Below the pieces are notes generated by a model. It did not search any database. It had not been told where the DNA came from and was given only the letters and a program-made list of their open reading frames with translations. The position numbers were made by a program, and so were the translations under genes. From positions 4,595 to 68,594 of the IMG/VR virus record IMGVR_UViG_3300033146_001150: a DNA stretch of 64,000 nt; one strand, given 5' to 3'. This DNA comes from a virus. Shown here in pieces: positions 1 to 10,816 of the stretch (within the stretch, counting starts at the first letter, position 1; every line of letters starts with the position of its first letter).

Positions 1-516
1 ATTAGTAAAATCTATATATTCATCTTTCATAGGTTTAACAACAACTTCCCAAACATGCTGAGTAGACTGGAAAAACATCCCAGTATCTTCAGCAACTTCG
101 GTGATTTCATAAAAATAATTATCAAAATCTGATTTTATTATATCTCCTATTTGTGGTCTCTGATAAGGCACATGATTTGCGTCTTTAGATACTTCAGCAA
201 AGTGCCGTTTTGATATATAAAGAGTTAATTCATTTATACCCTCAATACCAAATTTAGACCACATCTTATCTTCTTTTTGTAGTGTGTAATACGACATACA
301 TTCGAAATGACGCTCATATCGTCTATTATTATCTTCCCCGAATATTCTATCATACTTCTTATCATAACTAACGATGTAGTACTCCATACACACACCATAC
401 TTATTATAAAACTCATTAATTAAAATACTCATGAGGTCACGTTCACTCTGATAGTTATCTCCACCCATATCAAAGAATTTATTCTTACCTGTGCTAAAAT
501 GGCTAAAATTACTCAT
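1..516 (-). CDS. gp14-like neck/head-closure protein, paralog 2 (3' end runs off window)
   Basis: Hand translation from ATG at 516: MSNFSHF...YDRIFGED...KEDKMWSKFGIEGINE...RPQIGDII...YEITEV. Colinear with 525..1256. Not in the ORF track because it is truncated. Confidence 0.7.
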   Translation of the reverse strand, partial: MSNFSHFSTGKNKFFDMGGDNYQSERDLMSILINEFYNKYGVCMEYYIVSYDKKYDRIFGEDNNRRYERHFECMSYYTLQKEDKMWSKFGIEGINELTLYISKRHFAEVSKDANHVPYQRPQIGDIIKSDFDNYFYEITEVAEDTGMFFQSTQHVWEVVVKPMKDEYIDFTN

Positions 517-524
517 AATACCCC

Positions 525-1256
525 CTACCAATTACCAAACGGATCATCATTAGGACGTTCAGTTGGATCTGGTTTATATATAACATCAGGTTTCTCTATA
601 TCAACATCATCACGAACATCAAATAAATCAGAAACTTCATAATATTTTGCAATTGGTGATGCTGACATGGCAGGAGATGTATTAATAGTACTCTCTATTT
701 TATGAGGTTTAACTATAAGTTCCCAAGAATACTTTTTAGATAGGAAAAACATAGGATCGTCTTCTTTTACTTCAACAATCTCATATAATTTAGAATCAAA
801 TATAGTTTGAATTATATCTCCTATTTGTGGATGATAATCGTTAGTGGTAGCCTTAAAATGTAATTTAGATATAACTACAGAAAAATTATTCATACCCTCA
901 ATACCAAACTTAGACCAAACTTTATCTTCCTTTGGTAGCGGAAAGAATGACATGACTTGCCAATAATCGGTAATCAATCTACCATGATCTTCACCCCAAA
1001 TTCTATCAAACTTAGCGTCGTATGTAGTTTTATAAAAATTCAACTCAACACCAAACATATTATATACTTCCATTTGAAGATGTTGAAATAACTCCCTATC
1101 ACCCTCAAATTGATTACTACATATATTACCAAACCGTTTACTTGGTCTAGCATCATAATGTAAGTAATTAAACGCATCACCAGTACATATAACGTGATGA
1201 CCACTAGAAGTAGGAGCTTTTAAACTAAATATGCTCGTATTATGTTGAAATATCAT
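525..1256 (-). CDS. T4 gp14-like neck/head-closure protein
   Basis: D-x-IWGED, SKFG, PQIGDII and YEIVEV motifs typical of the gp14 family. Confidence 0.7.
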   Translation of the reverse strand: MIFQHNTSIFSLKAPTSSGHHVICTGDAFNYLHYDARPSKRFGNICSNQFEGDRELFQHLQMEVYNMFGVELNFYKTTYDAKFDRIWGEDHGRLITDYWQVMSFFPLPKEDKVWSKFGIEGMNNFSVVISKLHFKATTNDYHPQIGDIIQTIFDSKLYEIVEVKEDDPMFFLSKKYSWELIVKPHKIESTINTSPAMSASPIAKYYEVSDLFDVRDDVDIEKPDVIYKPDPTERPNDDPFGNW

Positions 1257-1266
1257 ATCACCTCAA

Positions 1267-1746
1267 TTAACGATTACACGAAGTATCTTGCTCTATTGGG
1301 TTTGTTGGTGTATTCTGTTCTGCCCACATCAATCCATTATCATCAATCTTAATTTGAAAGTCAGCACCATCATTAACAGTTTTATCCTCACCAAAATCAA
1401 ATATATAAACCAAGTGATTACTATTAGACTCATTATAAATCACACCATATCTAATAGGACCCAATTGACCACCAGATACAGTAAACCCAGTATTATCTAT
1501 ATCATATTTAATATAGATCTGTTTATCCGGGTTTTCTACACTCTTTCCGTATACAGGCATACCACCAGCAGGATAACCATAAATAGGGGCTATTTCATAG
1601 GCAGAAAGATCATTAAACGAATCAGTATATCTTAGATTACACTCATCGAAAGTTCCACTAAGTAAAGCTAACTTCATAGTATCATTAACAAAGTCGGACC
1701 GTTTAAGAGCCTGGTCATACTCAAAAATTTTAGGAATTATATCCAT
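1267..1746 (-). CDS. phage virion structural protein (paralog of 1762..2250)
   Basis: MKLALL...GYPAGG...RYGVIYN...DFGEDKTV.DG.FQI pattern of a widespread tail-associated family. Confidence 0.5.
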   Translation of the reverse strand: MDIIPKIFEYDQALKRSDFVNDTMKLALLSGTFDECNLRYTDSFNDLSAYEIAPIYGYPAGGMPVYGKSVENPDKQIYIKYDIDNTGFTVSGGQLGPIRYGVIYNESNSNHLVYIFDFGEDKTVNDGADFQIKIDDNGLMWAEQNTPTNPIEQDTSCNR

Positions 1747-1761
1747 ATATTATCTCCAATA

Positions 1762-2250
1762 TTATTTAATGTTAAGGAATCCCTCAGACAACTTAATAGT
1801 ATACACACCATTGTTTGAGGATACCCTCTCACCAAAATCAATAGCATTAATGAGAGTGCCATCATAATTATGGCTACCATCTGGGTTCACAGACCCCTCA
1901 TCATTTTTAAAAATAACAGCACCATAAGCATCTATAGTCGATATCTGATAATTTACATCAGCAGCTTTAACTATAGTATGAGTGAATCCATTCACATCAA
2001 CATTATCAACAGTAACACCAAGTAATGGTCTTATTTCATACCCACTATTATTAAGAGACGAACCAGAAGCGTTAATTTCATTATCACTAATATCACTCCA
2101 TCTCTTACTATTACTAAGAGATCCGTTGGTGAAATCCATAAATACTTCTTCATTAACTAACGCTAAATAGAATGTATTGTCTGGGACTTCAAATACGATC
2201 TGACCCTTAGCTACTAAATTTTTTATATCATCAAAAACATAACTACTCAT
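1762..2250 (-). CDS. phage virion structural protein (paralog of 1267..1746)
   Basis: FYLALV...GY...AADV...AYGAVIF...IDFGERVSSNNGVYTI. Confidence 0.5.
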   Translation of the reverse strand: MSSYVFDDIKNLVAKGQIVFEVPDNTFYLALVNEEVFMDFTNGSLSNSKRWSDISDNEINASGSSLNNSGYEIRPLLGVTVDNVDVNGFTHTIVKAADVNYQISTIDAYGAVIFKNDEGSVNPDGSHNYDGTLINAIDFGERVSSNNGVYTIKLSEGFLNIK

Positions 2251-2262
2251 TACATTCCCCTT

Positions 2263-2787
2263 TTACATTAACAATGCGTTTGCTCTATCAGACGTATTTG
2301 ATAAATCAAGATCTGATACAGACAACTGCGTTGGTTCTTCTATATTATTATTATTACCATACACCAAAGTAGGCTCTTCATATGAAGTATCTTCAAATAG
2401 AGGATCATCTAACAATAGACTAGCATGCTCAAAAACACCACTACCTTGTGGTGTTGATGGTGACTCATGTTTAATCGCTTGTGTTGATTGTTTAGTATGA
2501 GACTCTATCTCATATACATCACCCAATACATACGACACGACCTCATTAATTATAGTATCATTTAAACCAACCAAATTAAGTTTTTCTTTAATTCTATATT
2601 CAATATCAGAAATACTCGATGATTTAACCTCATGATGAGATTCCTTAATTTGTCTTTTTTTACGTTTAACTTTTTTACTCTTTTTTTTAATAGGTTTAGG
2701 TTCTTTGATAGATTCGATATATTCTTCCTTAATAATCTCATCATCTACACGAACTTCTGACTCATTTAAAAAATCCATAAAACTCAT
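2263..2787 (-). CDS. hypothetical protein (MSFMDFLNE leader)
   Basis: ORF with RBS, tightly packed in operon. Confidence 0.6.
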   Translation of the reverse strand: MSFMDFLNESEVRVDDEIIKEEYIESIKEPKPIKKKSKKVKRKKRQIKESHHEVKSSSISDIEYRIKEKLNLVGLNDTIINEVVSYVLGDVYEIESHTKQSTQAIKHESPSTPQGSGVFEHASLLLDDPLFEDTSYEEPTLVYGNNNNIEEPTQLSVSDLDLSNTSDRANALLM

Positions 2788-2796
2788 ATAACCCTC

Positions 2797-3204
2797 TTAT
2801 TCGTAAATAAATCTATTTGCCTGACTAACTAAAACATCAGAATATGAGTAACTATCAGTTATAGGCTCCTCTTCAACAGGTTCCTCTTCGTCACCGATAC
2901 CCAATTCATCACCAAGTTCTTCATCCTCAGCAGAAACAGGCTCCTCTTCAACAGGCTCCTCTTTTGGTCCAAGGTCTTCCGTACCTTCTTCATCAGACAT
3001 AACACCCATATCATCTATAATAGTAGAAACACTATCCATAAATCTACTAAAAAAATCTTTAGCTTTAGGTTCATCTGACATTATCAGTTTATTGAATAAA
3101 TCAGACAATTGCTGTTTACTTTCTTTATTATCAAAATCACTATCAGTATTAAAAGCTGATATAGTCTGTAATAGTTCGATAATATTACTATCTGGTTTAC
3201 CCAT
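2797..3204 (-). CDS. acidic hypothetical protein (possible prohead core component)
   Basis: ORF; EEEPV repeats; late operon. Confidence 0.55.
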   Translation of the reverse strand: MGKPDSNIIELLQTISAFNTDSDFDNKESKQQLSDLFNKLIMSDEPKAKDFFSRFMDSVSTIIDDMGVMSDEEGTEDLGPKEEPVEEEPVSAEDEELGDELGIGDEEEPVEEEPITDSYSYSDVLVSQANRFIYE

Positions 3205-3207
3205 ATA

Positions 3208-3621
3208 TTACTTCCTTGAAATTAAGATATTAAACTTATATTTACCTTGAGTATTTTCATCGAGATCAAATTTGAACTTCATACCCTTTGGGATTGACGA
3301 TTTAACTTGTTTTTTAAAATCTTCGATGGCTTCTAAAGATGCTGGATCTTTTTCTTTAGTGACACCAGCAATATTAATACTACCTGTATTCACATTAATC
3401 GCTGGAGCAATAGATTGTATCTGATGATACACCTTTTTTGTTTCTAGTATTTTATTAAGACTAAAATAAATATCATATAGATCTTTATTCTTCATTATAT
3501 CATCTTCTTTAGACATAAGATCTTTATACACTGAATCATCATAACCGTCAACGCCAAGAATATCAGATTTAACTTTAGCCTCCGTTAAGATGCCCTCAAA
3601 TAATTTATTATCAAACTCCAT
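3208..3621 (-). CDS. hypothetical protein
   Basis: ORF with GGAG RBS, downstream of late promoter. Confidence 0.6.
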   Translation of the reverse strand: MEFDNKLFEGILTEAKVKSDILGVDGYDDSVYKDLMSKEDDIMKNKDLYDIYFSLNKILETKKVYHQIQSIAPAINVNTGSINIAGVTKEKDPASLEAIEDFKKQVKSSIPKGMKFKFDLDENTQGKYKFNILISRK

Positions 3622-3657
3622 TATATTCTCCTACACTTAAAATATATATTATACACG

Positions 3658-3667
3658 TATTTATATA
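3658..3667 (-). promoter_or_regulatory. T4-type late promoter (TATAAATA)
   Basis: tatttatata on + strand upstream of the minus-strand structural operon; gp55 is encoded in the window. Confidence 0.6.
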
Positions 3668-3682
3668 AATTAAAACTGATCG

Positions 3683-5185
3683 TTATAATTCATCTATTGT
3701 TTTATGCCTATTGATGTAAGGGAACTCCTGCTTATCGTAATATGCCAATCTCTTATAGAAATGACGTATAGCATAATTTGGTAATCGATGACCATATTCA
3801 TCCACATAATGCATATCATCTATTAAATCCCACACAATAACACGACTCTTTGTTTTATGCAAACGCAACCCACGACCAATACTTTGTAATACCTTAATTT
3901 TTGATTTATAAAAAGAAGCAAAAATAACACTATGCAACTTAGGTATATTAATACCAGTAGACATAGTTCCGTATGTTGCTATTAAAATAGCACCGTCGTA
4001 TTCTTCCATATTAGTCCTAATAGCTTCTCTCTTTTCAGCAGGAATACCACCATGTATAACAAAAAGAGGTCTATTGGGGAATGTTTCAGTGATATATTCA
4101 ACCATAGAATCTAAATGATCTAATTTATGACATAACACTAATACATTATGATCTTCATTGATATTTCCTATGATGTACCGCAATACATTATTACGCTTTG
4201 GGTTTTTTGTTATAACAGAAACCTCATCAGCATATGTTTTCCCAGCAATCTTATCAATCTCATCTTGATTGTGTTTAAGAAACAAATTAACAATTGTTAT
4301 GTTTGATAGAAATCCACGCTCAATTAACGTCTTACTTTCAAGAGAATATATCTTATGACCTAAATATCCATAGATATTAAAAATATCAGCAGTATCTTCG
4401 GGTAATGTACCAGTGAACCCCAATCTATAAGACGCATTAACACACTTACTAAGGACCGACTGTATACTAGCAGATTTAGCACCATGAGTTTCATCAACCA
4501 ACACTGCACCAAAATCACTAAAGAAGTCCGAACCTCGTTTATATATAGATTGCCATGTTGATATTAACACAGGTCTAGTCTTATCATAAAATACACTCTT
4601 ACCATATAACAATGATATATCTGTTGAGGCAGTACCCCAACCATATTTTTTAAAATCATCATACATCTGAGTAACTAAACCTATATTAGGAACCACTAAA
4701 AGTATCTTAGAATCAATATCCTCTAATATAAATCGAATGACTGTATATATCAAAATCGATTTACCACTACCTGTTGCCGACTCAACAACCCCACGTTTAT
4801 TCCGTAGTGCAGCATAGACAGCATCTTTTTGGTAATCCCGTAGTGTGATATCAGACATACTAAATAGGACATCATAGAACCCCTCAAGATCTTCTTTAGA
4901 TATATCATTCTTTAACTCAAATTCATTGAAAGTTAGCTGTATTTTATAATTATACTGCTCTAAGAATGGTTTTAAAAACCTAAGAAGACCTATAGGGAGT
5001 AAATGATCAGATCTATTAAAGAAACTAATCTTACCGTTCCATATACCAGCTTTAAACTTCGGATTATGTCTATAGTCAGCCGCATAACATGTAAAAAACT
5101 CAGCCAATTCATACGACTGATCTTCACCACAAAAAATCTTGAAGTGAATATTATCAATTATGCTTACTACTATAACATCATTCAT
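3683..5185 (-). CDS. uvsW: UvsW-like SF2 DNA helicase
   Basis: LRDYQ, ATGSGKS, DETH, TGT and QSIGRGLR motifs; N-terminal W.GKI.F. Confidence 0.92.
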   Translation of the reverse strand: MNDVIVVSIIDNIHFKIFCGEDQSYELAEFFTCYAADYRHNPKFKAGIWNGKISFFNRSDHLLPIGLLRFLKPFLEQYNYKIQLTFNEFELKNDISKEDLEGFYDVLFSMSDITLRDYQKDAVYAALRNKRGVVESATGSGKSILIYTVIRFILEDIDSKILLVVPNIGLVTQMYDDFKKYGWGTASTDISLLYGKSVFYDKTRPVLISTWQSIYKRGSDFFSDFGAVLVDETHGAKSASIQSVLSKCVNASYRLGFTGTLPEDTADIFNIYGYLGHKIYSLESKTLIERGFLSNITIVNLFLKHNQDEIDKIAGKTYADEVSVITKNPKRNNVLRYIIGNINEDHNVLVLCHKLDHLDSMVEYITETFPNRPLFVIHGGIPAEKREAIRTNMEEYDGAILIATYGTMSTGINIPKLHSVIFASFYKSKIKVLQSIGRGLRLHKTKSRVIVWDLIDDMHYVDEYGHRLPNYAIRHFYKRLAYYDKQEFPYINRHKTIDEL

Positions 5186-5629
5186 CTAATACCCTTTTTT
5201 GAATTTACTAAATTCTATATACTGATTGACCATATAACTCATTTGTTTGAAATTATCTAAAGTCTTCTCGAAAAAATCAACGATAACAACTTGATTATCA
5301 TATAACTCCCGAAGTATACAGTATTCATCATCACCTAAGACATATAATTCAATTTCTTTATTACTATCTAATCTAAAATCACCATGAAATTTATATTTAT
5401 GATATAACTTCTTATATGAAGCCTTCATATCATTATTTATATTTTTTAATATTTTCAACTGTGAGTTATATATATAGTTATATTTTGAATATAGTTTTGG
5501 TATAGACATCGATATATTTTGAATATTCTCCTTAGTAACAGTAGTATCTTTAACTGCCTGGCGTTTTAATTGTTCAAACTTCTCTTCAGTTAAATACGTA
5601 TTTTCAATAGGCATCAGATCCTCCATCAT
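5186..5629 (-). CDS. uvsY: UvsY-like recombination mediator
   Basis: IPKLYSKY and KEIELYV.GD motifs, C-terminal F.KFKKG; adjacent to uvsW. Confidence 0.75.
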   Translation of the reverse strand: MMEDLMPIENTYLTEEKFEQLKRQAVKDTTVTKENIQNISMSIPKLYSKYNYIYNSQLKILKNINNDMKASYKKLYHKYKFHGDFRLDSNKEIELYVLGDDEYCILRELYDNQVVIVDFFEKTLDNFKQMSYMVNQYIEFSKFKKGY

Positions 5630-7379
5630 TGCATAAATTCAACATCTTTTTGCGTAAATATATAGTTCTCATTCGATATAAATAAATATGTATACTAAAA
5701 TCAACAACGCCATCATTCAACACCATCATGTTATTATACATTATAGTATCTATGGGTATGTTGCCTACATTTTCATCAGGTTTGTGCTCTGCAAGAGCAT
5801 CTTCATCTATGAGCAAGCAAGTATACTGTATACCATCTATTCTCTTCCTTATTTTATCTACAACTATACCAGCATCAACCAATACATCAATTATATAACT
5901 AACTGTTAATTTTGACATTATACGCTTTGGTATAAATTTCTTCATAGATGCTATTATGCTTGGTATATGTGATATCTTATATAAATTTCCATCTATATGT
6001 TTTGAAGTAGTAAATTCATTAATTATATAAGACTTGTAGTCAAATACACCATTAAACCGGATAAATTTACGGATAATACCACTAGTCACAGAAGTGGTTA
6101 TAAAATCACGATGAACCCCCATAACCATAGAAGCCACATCAATAATCTCAGTCAATGTAACTTTTCTATAAAACACACCATTAGGTTTAATAGTCTCTAA
6201 TAGAAAAGTTCTAGCTGACGTTGAATTATCATAACCATATATTTTATAACTATATCCATAAACATCATCACATAAAATAGTAACAATCTCCCGATATATA
6301 TCATGTTTAGCTCTAACTCCAATATCATGTTTAGTTTTATAAAAATAAATAAAATATAATTTATGGTCAAACCCTAATTTAGCTGATATTTTAATTAAAG
6401 TATCTATACCTAAAGTGTAATTATTTCTAGTATCAATACTATTATATTGGTACATTATGGTTTCGTTTGTATCATTTGGATGGTCGACACTTAACGTATT
6501 AAATAACAACAACCCATCATCATAACCAAACACAGTATTCAACGAAAATCCTAAAGATATCCAATCTAATCTACTAATTTTAGTAAAGTTATGTTTTTTA
6601 TTTATATTATTTAAAAACACTACTATTTTAGAAGCATAAATATATTTCTCATTATCAGACATAGTATCAAATGCTATATGATACTTCGATTTCTCTAACG
6701 AAGATGGATATACAGCCTTATATTTTTTCTTAGTTGTTTTCTTTGTTTTTGGTGGTGATACAAATAAATCAACATAGGTAGATGGTATATTTTTTATGGA
6801 AAAATAATCAACAGAATTATTATTATATACCTCAAATCTATCATAATTTAACGTACCACTCTCTCTACTAGGAAATATAAGTCTAGCAGCATCACGTACT
6901 TGATAATCGCAATATATATTCTCATTTTTTAATTCAGAAAATATATAACTGTAAGTTCTTCTTAAATCTTTAATTGATGTTACAGGCTCTTTTAATATCA
7001 TTGCAACATGAAAACAATCCACTTCATCCGGTATATGTGATTTAGACGTATATAAAAACCAATTATACTTATCAGCAAACTGAGAATTAATAAACTCAGT
7101 AATAGTAGAATCTGAATGATCGCCTTTATTATCAAAATCCAATATGATAGCTGATGCTGAAATAAACGTATCTTCAGATCGTACATTATCTGTATATCTA
7201 TAAAAACTATGGACATTAGTCATAACTAACTCTGTTAGTCTATTAATACCACTTTCTGTTGATATATCGATTTTCTCCGTATAATCATACGTAGTTACAT
7301 TAGGATAATAATTATTATATCTATTGTTGAACTCTTTAACTGAAACATCTATTGTCTTACTAATCACAGAATCATTCAC
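5604..7379 (-). CDS. AEP primase-polymerase-like protein with PriCT-2-like domain
   Basis: ILDFD, YTSKSH and FHV AEP motifs; RLDWISLGFSL is PriCT-2-like. Confidence 0.6.
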   Translation of the reverse strand: MNDSVISKTIDVSVKEFNNRYNNYYPNVTTYDYTEKIDISTESGINRLTELVMTNVHSFYRYTDNVRSEDTFISASAIILDFDNKGDHSDSTITEFINSQFADKYNWFLYTSKSHIPDEVDCFHVAMILKEPVTSIKDLRRTYSYIFSELKNENIYCDYQVRDAARLIFPSRESGTLNYDRFEVYNNNSVDYFSIKNIPSTYVDLFVSPPKTKKTTKKKYKAVYPSSLEKSKYHIAFDTMSDNEKYIYASKIVVFLNNINKKHNFTKISRLDWISLGFSLNTVFGYDDGLLLFNTLSVDHPNDTNETIMYQYNSIDTRNNYTLGIDTLIKISAKLGFDHKLYFIYFYKTKHDIGVRAKHDIYREIVTILCDDVYGYSYKIYGYDNSTSARTFLLETIKPNGVFYRKVTLTEIIDVASMVMGVHRDFITTSVTSGIIRKFIRFNGVFDYKSYIINEFTTSKHIDGNLYKISHIPSIIASMKKFIPKRIMSKLTVSYIIDVLVDAGIVVDKIRKRIDGIQYTCLLIDEDALAEHKPDENVGNIPIDTIMYNNMMVLNDGVVDFSIHIYLYRMRTIYLRKKMLNLCNDGGSDAY

Positions 7380-7483
7380 ACCTCTCTATAAACATACACC
7401 ATAATAATATACTAAAACTACAATTTTGTCAACTTATTTTTTATACTTATATAAAATTCTTATACAAAAACCCCAAAACCCCA

Positions 7484-7511
7484 TTGACTTTATAATAAAT
7501 TATAGTATACT
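7484..7511 (+). promoter_or_regulatory. sigma70-like early/middle promoter
   Basis: TTGACT-N16-TATACT upstream of gp46. Confidence 0.5.
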
Positions 7512-7590
7512 TAATATAGTATTATAGTATATTCTTAAAGTGGAACGGGATTCTAATGCACACGAAGGTGTGGGAAGGGCTTAAACAGTA

Positions 7591-9357
7591 ATGAAAGTAA
7601 TATTCGAGAAGGTTATATTAAAAAACCTACTTTCTTTCGGAAATAAAGAAACTACAATAGTTTTTGATGAAGGATTAACTCTTATGACTGGACCTAATGG
7701 TTCAGGGAAATCATCATCTTTATTAGATGCTATATCATTTGCGATATATGACAAGCCATACCGTAAAATAAATAAAGCAGATCTCATCAATAGAACTAAT
7801 AAAAAAAATATGATGGTTGATTTATATTTTTCTATTAATGATATACCATATCAGATTAAACGAGGTATGAAAAATAAAGATGTTGATTTGGAATTTTATA
7901 TTGATGGTAAAAAACAGCAATTATTATCATCTAAAGCATTAACACAAGATGAACTTATTAATAAAATTGGGATCGATTATAAATTATTTAAACAGATAAT
8001 TTCATTATCAATCAACCACAATAAATCATTTTTAACTTTATCTGCTAGTGAAAAGAGAGATTTATTAGAGAAGTTTTTTAATGTTGATGTGTTAGCTACA
8101 ATGGCTAAAGAAGCGAAACAAGAGTTGAAAACTTTAAATGTTAAATTAGAAATAAGTTCTAATAATATTTCAACCTTAGCTAAATTTTTATCAGAAGAAA
8201 AGCTACGTATTAAAAAATTAACTAAATCAAAGAAAAGTTTTGATACCGATAAAACTGCTATTATTTCTGATCTTGAAGATAAGTTGATTACCGCTGAGGG
8301 TGAATTATCTGATTTAGCATCATCTGGGAAAAAATTACAAAAACAATCAGCAGCATTTGCTGTGGTGGATATTAATGACATACGAACACGAAAACAGGAA
8401 TTACTTACTGAACAAGCAGTTTTGGAATCTACAAAAACCTCAGCTGAGAAAACTATAACATATCTAAATAGTAACGATATATGTCCAATGTGTAAATCTG
8501 AATTGAATGACGATCATAAGAAATCTGAGTTGAGTGTTCAAAATAATATAGTATCTACTTGTACTAGTGATATACTATCTATAGAAAATAAATTAATATT
8601 GATTGAAGATGAGTTATCTTCAGCGGTAGAAGATTCTTCAAAATTATCTGATTTAAAATTTTCTATTAGAGAATTGAAAAATAAGTATAAGATCAAAGAA
8701 GTTGAAATTACGAATTTGAAAAAAATGATATCTGATAAAAGAGATGAGACCTTTGTTATTGATATAGACGAGATGAAAGATCATTATAAAGAGAAATTTA
8801 ATGAGCATAAATCGGCTGTGATTGAGCATGAGTCTATATCATCATTAATATCAAAATATAATATAATGAAAGATATGCTGTCTGATTCTGGTATTAAATC
8901 TTATATATTTGATCAGTTAATACCAATACTCAATAAGAATATTAATGATTATTTAACTACGTTTGATTTACCAATATATATAGAATTTGATAATAAAATG
9001 AATGATAGTATTAAAACTATTAAGGATTTTAAACAATCAGTCTCTTATTACAGTTTTAGTGAAGGTGAAAAGAAAAAAATAGATATGTCTATTTTATTAT
9101 CATTCATTGATGTTACTAAGAAAATAGCCAATTGGAATTGTAATTTGTTAATTATTGATGAATTATTAGATAGTTCTATTGACGATGATGGGTTGGAGCA
9201 TTTATTACAAAGTTTACATACTATGTTTGAAGGGTCTCCAGATTTAGGAGTATACATCATATCACATAGAGTTAAAGCCGAATATAAGAATTATTTTAAT
9301 AACACAATACAAGTCGGAATAAACCCCAATGGGTTTTCTGAATTAATATTTAAATAG
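7591..9357 (+). CDS. gp46/SbcC-like recombination ATPase
   Basis: GPNGSGKS Walker A, CPMC zinc hook, FSEGE signature, LIIDE, ISH. Confidence 0.93.
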   Translation: MKVIFEKVILKNLLSFGNKETTIVFDEGLTLMTGPNGSGKSSSLLDAISFAIYDKPYRKINKADLINRTNKKNMMVDLYFSINDIPYQIKRGMKNKDVDLEFYIDGKKQQLLSSKALTQDELINKIGIDYKLFKQIISLSINHNKSFLTLSASEKRDLLEKFFNVDVLATMAKEAKQELKTLNVKLEISSNNISTLAKFLSEEKLRIKKLTKSKKSFDTDKTAIISDLEDKLITAEGELSDLASSGKKLQKQSAAFAVVDINDIRTRKQELLTEQAVLESTKTSAEKTITYLNSNDICPMCKSELNDDHKKSELSVQNNIVSTCTSDILSIENKLILIEDELSSAVEDSSKLSDLKFSIRELKNKYKIKEVEITNLKKMISDKRDETFVIDIDEMKDHYKEKFNEHKSAVIEHESISSLISKYNIMKDMLSDSGIKSYIFDQLIPILNKNINDYLTTFDLPIYIEFDNKMNDSIKTIKDFKQSVSYYSFSEGEKKKIDMSILLSFIDVTKKIANWNCNLLIIDELLDSSIDDDGLEHLLQSLHTMFEGSPDLGVYIISHRVKAEYKNYFNNTIQVGINPNGFSELIFK

Positions 9358-9366
9358 GGGAGCCTT

Positions 9367-9747
9367 ATGAGCATGTACATAGACAAGAAAAAATTTCATA
9401 ATCTATTAAAGGAATATGATAAGACAGGATCAAAAAAAGCGTATGAAGAAATCGGAAAGTATTTTATCATGATCGCTGAGAATTTTTTAAATAAACCTAG
9501 TTATATAAACTACTCTAAAGATTGGAAGGATGGTATGATATCAGAATCATTGTATGATATGGTCAGATATATACATAACTATGATATTGAGAAAGTTGAA
9601 CGTATTGAGCGTGAAACAGGAGAATTACCTAACCCATTTGCGTATTTCTCGCAATATGCTTTTAATGGAACATCTAGGTTTTTAGGTGTGCGTAGTAAAG
9701 ATAAAGAAGTATTAGTTAGATTATCATTTATCGAGAATATGGAATAA
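9367..9747 (+). CDS. gp55-like late sigma factor
   Basis: YIDKKKF, IAENFLNKPSYINYS, NPFAYFSQ. Confidence 0.85.
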   Translation: MSMYIDKKKFHNLLKEYDKTGSKKAYEEIGKYFIMIAENFLNKPSYINYSKDWKDGMISESLYDMVRYIHNYDIEKVERIERETGELPNPFAYFSQYAFNGTSRFLGVRSKDKEVLVRLSFIENME

Positions 9748-9748
9748 T

Positions 9749-10807
9749 ATGAGCAATAAAGTTGGAATAATTTCAGATATACATTTTGGTGTCAATAAGA
9801 ATTCAGAGATGTTTTTACTGAGTGGGCTAAAGTTCTTTAAAGATCAATTTGTCCCATATTTAAAAGAAAATGGCATTTCAACCGTTCTCGTTTTAGGTGA
9901 TATATTTGATAATAGAAATACTATCAATGTTAGAATCAGCGACGAAGTGTATATGTTTTTCAGTGAAGTGTTAAAAGATTTTAATGTTACTATACTTATA
10001 GGGAACCATGATATATATTATAAATCAACTACTGAAGTACACTCTTTAAAAGCATTAAATCATTTAACTAATGTTACTGTGATTAATGATATTATGATTT
10101 ATGATGTATGTGGAGTTGACTGTTTATTTTGTCCCTGGGTTGTTGATTATGAAGATGAACTATTTTTAGATATGATGAAAAATACCGATGTTGATTTATT
10201 ATTTGGTCATTTTGATATAGTTGGTTTTGCTTTAAATGCCACAACCACTAGTGTTGATGGAGTATCTCCTAGCTTATTTTCTAATTTTAGTAAAGTGTTT
10301 AGTGGTCATTATCATACACCAAGTTCTAAAATCGTCAATGGTACTGAGATTGTATATATCGGTAGCCCATATCAGATGAATCGTAATGATATTAATGAAG
10401 ATAAAGGATTTATAATTCTTGATGTTGAAACTATGGAATATGAGAGAATTACTAACACCGAATCAGTTAAATTCGTGAAGGTGTATTATCCTGATATGCC
10501 AACTAAGGATGAAATTGAAGGTAATATAGTAGATATACATATAAACATTAATAAAAACCAATTATCAAATAATGACATAGATTCTTTTATATCTACTATT
10601 GATGCTATGGGTCCTGTTGAGAAATCAAGACCAATAATGAATGTAGTATCTGATGATGTTGACATACGAGATGTTCTCGATGGTGGTGTTTATGATATAC
10701 CAGACCTATTGGAATTATATATAAATGAGAATGAAACCATACCTGAAGATGAAAAATCTGAAATATTATTATTAACAATGTCTATGTACGACCGCATAAA
10801 CAATTAG
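9749..10807 (+). CDS. gp47/SbcD-like recombination nuclease
   Basis: SDIHFG, LGDIFD, GNHD and SGHYH metallophosphoesterase motifs. Confidence 0.92.
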   Translation: MSNKVGIISDIHFGVNKNSEMFLLSGLKFFKDQFVPYLKENGISTVLVLGDIFDNRNTINVRISDEVYMFFSEVLKDFNVTILIGNHDIYYKSTTEVHSLKALNHLTNVTVINDIMIYDVCGVDCLFCPWVVDYEDELFLDMMKNTDVDLLFGHFDIVGFALNATTTSVDGVSPSLFSNFSKVFSGHYHTPSSKIVNGTEIVYIGSPYQMNRNDINEDKGFIILDVETMEYERITNTESVKFVKVYYPDMPTKDEIEGNIVDIHININKNQLSNNDIDSFISTIDAMGPVEKSRPIMNVVSDDVDIRDVLDGGVYDIPDLLELYINENETIPEDEKSEILLLTMSMYDRINN

Positions 10808-10816
10808 GAGAAATTA

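Noticed and set aside
234-416. 60-aa minus-strand ORF in the track
   Set aside because: Out-of-frame shadow of the gp14-like gene 1..516.
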